A stretch of 32,000 nucleotides of DNA, taken from assembly GCA_942493095.1 (NCBI GenBank), contig OW818675.1, positions 1,620,001 to 1,652,000 on the forward strand, given 5' to 3'. This document shows, piece by piece, positions 26,558 through 32,000 of this stretch (positions within the stretch are counted from its first letter, which is position 1; each line of letters begins with the position of its first letter). The DNA is from Candidatus Electronema halotolerans. Lineage in GTDB: Bacteria > Desulfobacterota > Desulfobulbia > Desulfobulbales > Desulfobulbaceae. The position numbers were made by a program, and so were the translations under genes. Below the pieces are notes generated by a model. That model was not told where the DNA came from. It searched no databases and worked only from the letters and a program-made list of their open reading frames with translations.

Positions 26558-28630
26558 TTGCCATTCCCATCTTTTCTGCACAGGCTGCTGCCGTCCGCCT
26601 GCATCTTCCTTTGCTTCCTCTTCTATTTTGTCTTCAGCACTGGCTGGCTGGAACCGGCCAAGCTGGTGCTGCGCGGCCAAGCTCTGACTGCCGACCATTC
26701 TCCGCAGCTCACGGTGCGCTGGGACAGCGGTCACGGCTTCAACAACTATGAACAGCGGCTTTTTCAGCCCGACATTGTGCCACAGAACGGACAGGTCAAA
26801 ATCCGTTTCGGCGCAGCAGGCCGCTGTTATCCGGCCTCTCAGAGCAAACAAGTGGTCTGCGCGGCAGTGCGGGTTGATAGCAAAAAAATAGATTTCCACG
26901 ATCTTGCCAAACAGTTTCTGAAAGCTGACAGCGAGCTGCATTTTGGCAAGCATGGCGTTCTTGCCCTCACTGTGCAGTCGCAGTCGCATATTGCCTTCAA
27001 ATTCCGCACCGACACCAGCTCCGGTGTTGCCTTTGTCGAGGTGAACGGAAAACGAACAGAATACGATCTCTACATGGCCAATGTTGAGGCCACATTCAAG
27101 CAGCTTGATTTCTGGCTGCTCCAGCCGGACGGCTCCTTCCAAGTGGAGACAGACCTGCCGCGCTATCCCATCCGCAAGCTGGAGATTGTCAACAGCGGAA
27201 CGGGCGGGCAGCTCCGCCTGACTGCCGCCGAACTGCATGGCAAAGGCAAGGTTGTTGATCTGCTGCACGGCCAGCCAGCAGCGTTGGGCAGGTTCAGCAT
27301 TGACCAGCCCTTGCAGGGGATGCGCTCCTTTTTTCAGCCGCTGCAATTTGTCCAGCAGATTATTTTTGCCCTGCTTTCAACATGGCTGCTCATTGCTCTG
27401 ACACACCGCTGCAAAGCGGCTGGCAGTCTGCGCAGTCTGTTCTGTGCTGAGAAACGGCACTGGTTCTGGCTGATGCTGACAGGTAGCCTGACCATCTTCA
27501 GCCTCTGGCTGGCCGCCTTCTGGCCTGGCGTGCTGTCTGTTGATTCGATGAAAATCTGGCGGGCCGCCGTCCTGCCGGATGTCTATCTGAACGATCATCC
27601 GCTGCTCAATGTTTTTCTCTATAAGTATCTCTATCATCTCTGGCACGATCCTGCTGTCGTGCCTGTCGTCCATGTCCTGCTGACCAGCCTGCTGGCAGCT
27701 TGGTTCGGCTTCTGGCTGCACAGGCAGGGCGCAGCACTGCCAATGGTGCTGCTCTGGCTGCTGTTCCTGCTCTGCTCAGTGCCGGTTGGGGTGTATAATG
27801 TCATGCTCTGGAAGGATGTTCCTTTTGCCCTGCTGACCGTGTTCTGGGCCTGCATCTTAGTCAAGCTGCGGCAGGAGAAGCAGCAGCGGCTGCGCTGGAC
27901 TGGCCAGCGAATCTGCGCCCTCCTGCTTGCAGGCATTTCTTTGGGACTTATCCGCCATAACGGACTGGTCTATCTGGCAGTGCTGCCTGCGCTGCTCCTG
28001 CTGCTCAGGCTGGTGCTGCTGAAAAAGGCCTTGCTTGGCCTGATTGTCCTGCTGACAGTCGCAGGGCTTGGCTTTGCTGTCTTGCAGCAGGCGGGAAAAA
28101 CAAAATTCCTGGATGAAAAATTGCACCAATACACAAAACCTCTTTCGCTGCAAGGGCTTGCCCAAGATGCTGTCCGCACGGCGCAGGACTATATGACCGT
28201 GCTCAACATCAATCAGCCGTATCAAAAATGGGATAAATTTCACCATTATTTTCAAGACCGGCAGGCGTGGTGGTTTCTCCGCCTTTCCGGCTGGCAGGAT
28301 GTGTATCCGTATCAAAAAACAGAGCCGCCGTTTCCAGCACTGAACAGCGCTGCTCTGCATGTTTATGAGAAAAGCTATGACCAGCCTTGGGTCTGGCTGA
28401 CATGGAATCCAGTCTGGCTGCTGGCCCTGCTGCCGCTGCTGACCCTGCTTTGCCGCTGGCTGCCCAACACGGCAGTGCTGGGAGCCGTGCTGCTGGCAGG
28501 CGCGCTGCCCTTGGTCTATCTGCGCATTTTCAACTGGCGTTATTATTATTTTCTCTATTTCGGCCTGCTTTTTCTGCCCGCCTTCATCCTGCTTGACTGC
28601 ACCTGCCGTGAATTCAAACGGCAAAGGTGA
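26558..28630 (+). CDS. Large polytopic membrane protein, possibly GT-C glycosyltransferase-like
   Basis: 690 aa, N-terminal periplasmic-type domain then many TM helices; WPGVLSVDSMKIWRAAVLPDVYLNDHPLLNVFLYKYLYHL. Confidence 0.6.
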   Translation: MPFPSFLHRLLPSACIFLCFLFYFVFSTGWLEPAKLVLRGQALTADHSPQLTVRWDSGHGFNNYEQRLFQPDIVPQNGQVKIRFGAAGRCYPASQSKQVVCAAVRVDSKKIDFHDLAKQFLKADSELHFGKHGVLALTVQSQSHIAFKFRTDTSSGVAFVEVNGKRTEYDLYMANVEATFKQLDFWLLQPDGSFQVETDLPRYPIRKLEIVNSGTGGQLRLTAAELHGKGKVVDLLHGQPAALGRFSIDQPLQGMRSFFQPLQFVQQIIFALLSTWLLIALTHRCKAAGSLRSLFCAEKRHWFWLMLTGSLTIFSLWLAAFWPGVLSVDSMKIWRAAVLPDVYLNDHPLLNVFLYKYLYHLWHDPAVVPVVHVLLTSLLAAWFGFWLHRQGAALPMVLLWLLFLLCSVPVGVYNVMLWKDVPFALLTVFWACILVKLRQEKQQRLRWTGQRICALLLAGISLGLIRHNGLVYLAVLPALLLLLRLVLLKKALLGLIVLLTVAGLGFAVLQQAGKTKFLDEKLHQYTKPLSLQGLAQDAVRTAQDYMTVLNINQPYQKWDKFHHYFQDRQAWWFLRLSGWQDVYPYQKTEPPFPALNSAALHVYEKSYDQPWVWLTWNPVWLLALLPLLTLLCRWLPNTAVLGAVLLAGALPLVYLRIFNWRYYYFLYFGLLFLPAFILLDCTCREFKRQR

Positions 28631-28751
28631 CTTTGCTGATTTTTCTGCCGCACTGCCGCATTTCTTTCTTTGGCGCAGACAGGAAAAGGTGGTATCCTTG
28701 CCCCATCCCTTGCTTTACAGCAATCTGACGTAACTTCAACAGGACTGTGTC

Positions 28752-31625
28752 ATGAACCTGCGACAGACATCTTTGATTTTCTCGGCCTTGATTTTTTTCC
28801 TGTCAGCTCTGCTGCTGCCCGGCAGCTTGACCAGCGTTGCCGCCAAAGAGAGTGGGCCGCAACGCGAAGAAGCCTGCCTCTCCAAGGGCTGGCCGCATGA
28901 GCAGAGCGATCTCCAGCCAGACCCGGCCCTGACCTTTGGCACCTTGGACAACGGCCTGCGCTATGTGATCATGATCAATCATGAGCCAAAAGGCCGGGTG
29001 GCCCTGCATCTTGATGTCCAGACCGGCTCGCTGCATGAAACGGATGAGCAGCGCGGCATCGCCCATTATCTGGAGCACATGATGTTCAACGGCACAAGCC
29101 ATTATCCGCCCGACAAGCTGATCGAGTATTTTCAATCCATTGGCATGGCTTTTGGCCCGGACACCAATGCCCACACCAGCTATGATGAGACAGTCTATAA
29201 CCTGCTGCTGCCAAGCGGTGAGGAGAAAACACTCGACGAGGGGCTGCAAGTGCTGGCTGATTATGCTGGAGGCGCGCTTCTGCTGCCCAAAGAAGTGGAT
29301 AAGGAGCGGGGCGTGATTCTGGCTGAGAAACGGGAGCGGAATTCGGCAATGCGGCGGGTTTTTGTCAAGGACATTGAACAGGCCTTTGCTGGCACGCTCC
29401 TTGCACGGCGGGATGTGATCGGCACAGACGAGGTGCTCAACAAGGCGGATGCGGCCCTGCTCCGGCAGTATTATGAACGTTGGTACCGTCCTGACAACAT
29501 GATCGTGGTCGCAGTCGGCGACACAGACAGCAAGCTGCTGGCCGGGCTGATCAAAAAACAGTTCAGTCAGCTCAAGGCCAAGAGCAAGGCGCAGCCTGAC
29601 TGCCTGCCGTTCGGCAACGTGGCGGAAAACGGCACAGAAGCCTTTTACCAGTCTGAACAGGACCTTGGCTCTACTGAAGTCAGCATCGGCTCGGTTTGGA
29701 ACACAGAGCCGGAGAGCTTCACCAAGGCTGTGGCTCTGCGCCAGCTCAGGGAAATTCTGGCAGCAAAAATGATGAACAATCGTCTTGAATCTTTAGTCAA
29801 CCGCAAGGACAGTCCGCTGACCAAGGCTTATTTTTACTCGGAGATCAAGTTCGGCAAGGCAGGATATGCCAGCTTGCAGGCCAAAACGGCGGCGGACAAA
29901 TGGCAGGAGAGCTTGGATTTGCTCAACACTGGGCTGCGTCAAGTCATGCGGGATGGTTTCACGGCTGAGGAGCTGGATCGGGCCAAGAAGGAACTCATGA
30001 CTCAGCTGAACACGCAGGTGCAGGCCGCTGGCAGCAGAACCAGCACCGAGCTGGCTGACAGCATCATCGACAGTCTGAATGATGCGGAAGTGCCGCTCTC
30101 GCCGCAGCAGGAGCTGGACTTGTACGGCCCGGCAGTGGAGAAGACGGCCTTGACTGAGATCAACGAAACCTTCCGCAGCCTCTGGCATGAGCGGCGGCTG
30201 GTCAAAGTGGCAGGCACGGCTGATCTGACCGGCAAGGAGCAGAAGCCGGAGGAAATCGTCCTGGCTGCGCAGCAGGCTGCTGAAGCTGCGGAACTCAAGC
30301 CGTGGCAGCCGCCTGCGCAAGGCACTTTTCCCTATCTGCCGGAGCCGGAGACAGCAGCGACTGTAACGAAGCACATTGCCTATGACAAGATCAAGGCAGA
30401 CCGGTACGTGTTCAGCAACGGCCTGATCCTGAATCTGAAGAAGACCGACTTTGAACCCAATGAGCTGCGGGCAGCCGTGGTCTTTGGCAAAGGCGAGCTG
30501 ACTGAACCAAAACCCGGCCTTTCCCTGCTTGCTCCGATGCTGGTCGAGGAAAGCGGGGTCGGCGGCTTGGAGAAGGAGCAGCTCAAGGCTGCTTTGGCCG
30601 CGTATTCCAGCTCAGTCTATTTTGATGTTGATGAGGACAGTTTCCAGTTCCAAGGCAAAGGATTGAAGGAGGAGACCGAACTGCTCTTTCAGCTCCTCAG
30701 CACCCGCCTGCACGACCCAGCCTTTCGGGCTGATGCCTTGAAGCGGACGCGGCAGAAAATTGAACAGCTCTACGCGCAGATGGGGGCTGCTGTGGAAGGG
30801 GTGATGCAGCTCAAAGGCGCACGTTTTCTGGCAGGCGGCAATTCCCGTTATGGCCTGCCGCCACTGAAGGAGTTGCAGAAGCTGACTTTGGCTGATGTGG
30901 AGAACTGGCTGGCTCCGCTTTTCCGCAACGAGCCGCTGGAAATCTCTGTGGTCGGCGATTTTGACCCGGAGCAGGTGATCAAGCTGGCAGGCAAATACTT
31001 TGGCGAGCCGCGCACAGGCGGTCAGCAGGCTGAGGGAGAGAAAATCCTCTTTCCTTCCAGCCAGAAGCTCACGCTCAAGGTGACGACCGCCAGTGACAAG
31101 GCCATGCTGGCCGTGGCCTGGCCCACAGATGATTTCTGGGACATCTCCCGCACCCGCCGCCTCAGCGTGCTGGCCGCAGTGCTTGATGACCGCCTGCGCA
31201 AGCAGATTCGCGAGGACATGGGCGCGGCCTATTCGCCCTATGTCTATAACCAGTCCAGCACGGTTGATCCCGGTTATGGTGTGCTGCGCAGCATGATGCT
31301 GGTTGAGCCGGACAAGGCCGCTCTGCTGACCGCGAAGCTGAAGCAGGTCGGGGCGCAGCTCGCAAAAGGAACAATTACCGCTGAGGAGCTGGAGCGTGCC
31401 CTGGAGCCGACCCTGACCTCCATCAAGGACATGGTGCGCACCAACCGCTACTGGCTCGAATCTGTGCTGATCAATTCAGCCCGGCAGCCGCAGCGGCTCG
31501 ACTGGCCGACCACAATTCAGAGCGACTTTGCCGCCATCAAGACAAAGGAAATTGCTACCTTGGCCAAACGCTATCTACAGCCGGAAAAAGCGGCGGAGAT
31601 CATCATCCTGCCGAAGAAAAACTAA
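28752..31625 (+). CDS. M16 (pitrilysin/insulinase-type) zinc protease
   Basis: 957 aa with signal peptide; inverted zinc motif GIAHYLEHMMFNGTSHYP (HxxEH), duplicated M16 domains, second-half lineage RLSVLAAVLDDRLRKQIREDMGAAYSPYV. Confidence 0.93.
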   Translation: MNLRQTSLIFSALIFFLSALLLPGSLTSVAAKESGPQREEACLSKGWPHEQSDLQPDPALTFGTLDNGLRYVIMINHEPKGRVALHLDVQTGSLHETDEQRGIAHYLEHMMFNGTSHYPPDKLIEYFQSIGMAFGPDTNAHTSYDETVYNLLLPSGEEKTLDEGLQVLADYAGGALLLPKEVDKERGVILAEKRERNSAMRRVFVKDIEQAFAGTLLARRDVIGTDEVLNKADAALLRQYYERWYRPDNMIVVAVGDTDSKLLAGLIKKQFSQLKAKSKAQPDCLPFGNVAENGTEAFYQSEQDLGSTEVSIGSVWNTEPESFTKAVALRQLREILAAKMMNNRLESLVNRKDSPLTKAYFYSEIKFGKAGYASLQAKTAADKWQESLDLLNTGLRQVMRDGFTAEELDRAKKELMTQLNTQVQAAGSRTSTELADSIIDSLNDAEVPLSPQQELDLYGPAVEKTALTEINETFRSLWHERRLVKVAGTADLTGKEQKPEEIVLAAQQAAEAAELKPWQPPAQGTFPYLPEPETAATVTKHIAYDKIKADRYVFSNGLILNLKKTDFEPNELRAAVVFGKGELTEPKPGLSLLAPMLVEESGVGGLEKEQLKAALAAYSSSVYFDVDEDSFQFQGKGLKEETELLFQLLSTRLHDPAFRADALKRTRQKIEQLYAQMGAAVEGVMQLKGARFLAGGNSRYGLPPLKELQKLTLADVENWLAPLFRNEPLEISVVGDFDPEQVIKLAGKYFGEPRTGGQQAEGEKILFPSSQKLTLKVTTASDKAMLAVAWPTDDFWDISRTRRLSVLAAVLDDRLRKQIREDMGAAYSPYVYNQSSTVDPGYGVLRSMMLVEPDKAALLTAKLKQVGAQLAKGTITAEELERALEPTLTSIKDMVRTNRYWLESVLINSARQPQRLDWPTTIQSDFAAIKTKEIATLAKRYLQPEKAAEIIILPKKN

Positions 31626-31784
31626 CGGTTTTCGCAAGCTGCAAGAGAAATGCGCGGTCGGACAAACCGTTGCCGCGCATCCTTGTTCCAGTGGTTCCGC
31701 TTCATTGATTCAAGGCGGTTGAGCGAAGCCGAAGGATGCGTTTGCAAATTATGCTTCAGCTATCTTAGCGCATTGAAAAGAGTT

Positions 31785-32000
31785 CTATCCTTTTGCAGGC
31801 ATCCTGCTGATCAGCTTGCGGCAGCCAGAGGAAAAAGCGTAACTGTCCAGCTCCTCGCGGCTCACCCAGCAAAACTGATCAGCGGCGTGGAGCACTGGCT
31901 GTGGCTGCTGCCCAGCGGCCAGTTGGCAGGCAAAGGCATGGAGCTTGACCCGGTATTTGGTATAGCTGTGACTGACGCTGGCAAAGGGGCGCAGCTCCGC
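31785..32000 (-). CDS. mutY: A/G-specific adenine glycosylase MutY, C-terminal Nudix-like domain, 5' truncated by the window edge
   Basis: Reverse translation AELRPFASVSHSYTKYRVKLHAFACQLAAGQQPQPVLHAADQFCWVSREELDSYAFSSGCRKLISRMPAKG*; VxHxYTxYxVxLxxF and W-x-x-x-x-E-L-D-x-Y-A-F-x-x-x-x-x-K-L signature. Confidence 0.82.
   Translation of the reverse strand, partial: AELRPFASVSHSYTKYRVKLHAFACQLAAGQQPQPVLHAADQFCWVSREELDSYAFSSGCRKLISRMPAKG

Overview
This 32 kb bacterial chromosomal window is GC-rich and most of it is ordinary core genome. The minus strand carries a cell-shape cluster (rodA partial, PBP2/mrdA, mreD, mreC, mreB), valS, a class I aminotransferase and a receiver-GAF-histidine kinase. 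The plus strand carries a DinG/XPD-like helicase, a polyprenyl diphosphate synthase, an EamA transporter, an OB-fold periplasmic protein, a HAD hydrolase, a DUF4236-like gene, a Nudix hydrolase, a nucleoside-hydrolase-like lipoprotein, a polytopic membrane protein and an M16 protease. A mutY 3' end on the minus strand closes the window. The interesting part is an accessory island at about 6.1-12.4 kb, lying between the intact valS and a second, 5'-truncated, diverged valS copy. In transcription order it encodes: (1) a 117-aa small protein with a beta-prone N-terminus, a helical body and a hydrophobic C-terminus; (2) a 375-aa NB-ARC/STAND ATPase with no fused effector or sensor domain; (3) a TPR protein overlapping it by 8 nt; (4) a second paralogous TPR protein. 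The small protein and the ATPase share a similar N-terminal motif (NIxxSxVxxxExxxVNQ-like). The first TPR gene is disrupted by an intact 1486-bp IS66-family element with an exact 8-bp target duplication, and removing the element restores the frame. Between the two TPR genes is an array of six 18-bp near-palindromes on an exact 23-bp period. I interpret the island as a candidate split STAND (NLR-like) conflict/defence module; its function is unproven. A HicB-HicA toxin-antitoxin pair adjoins it.
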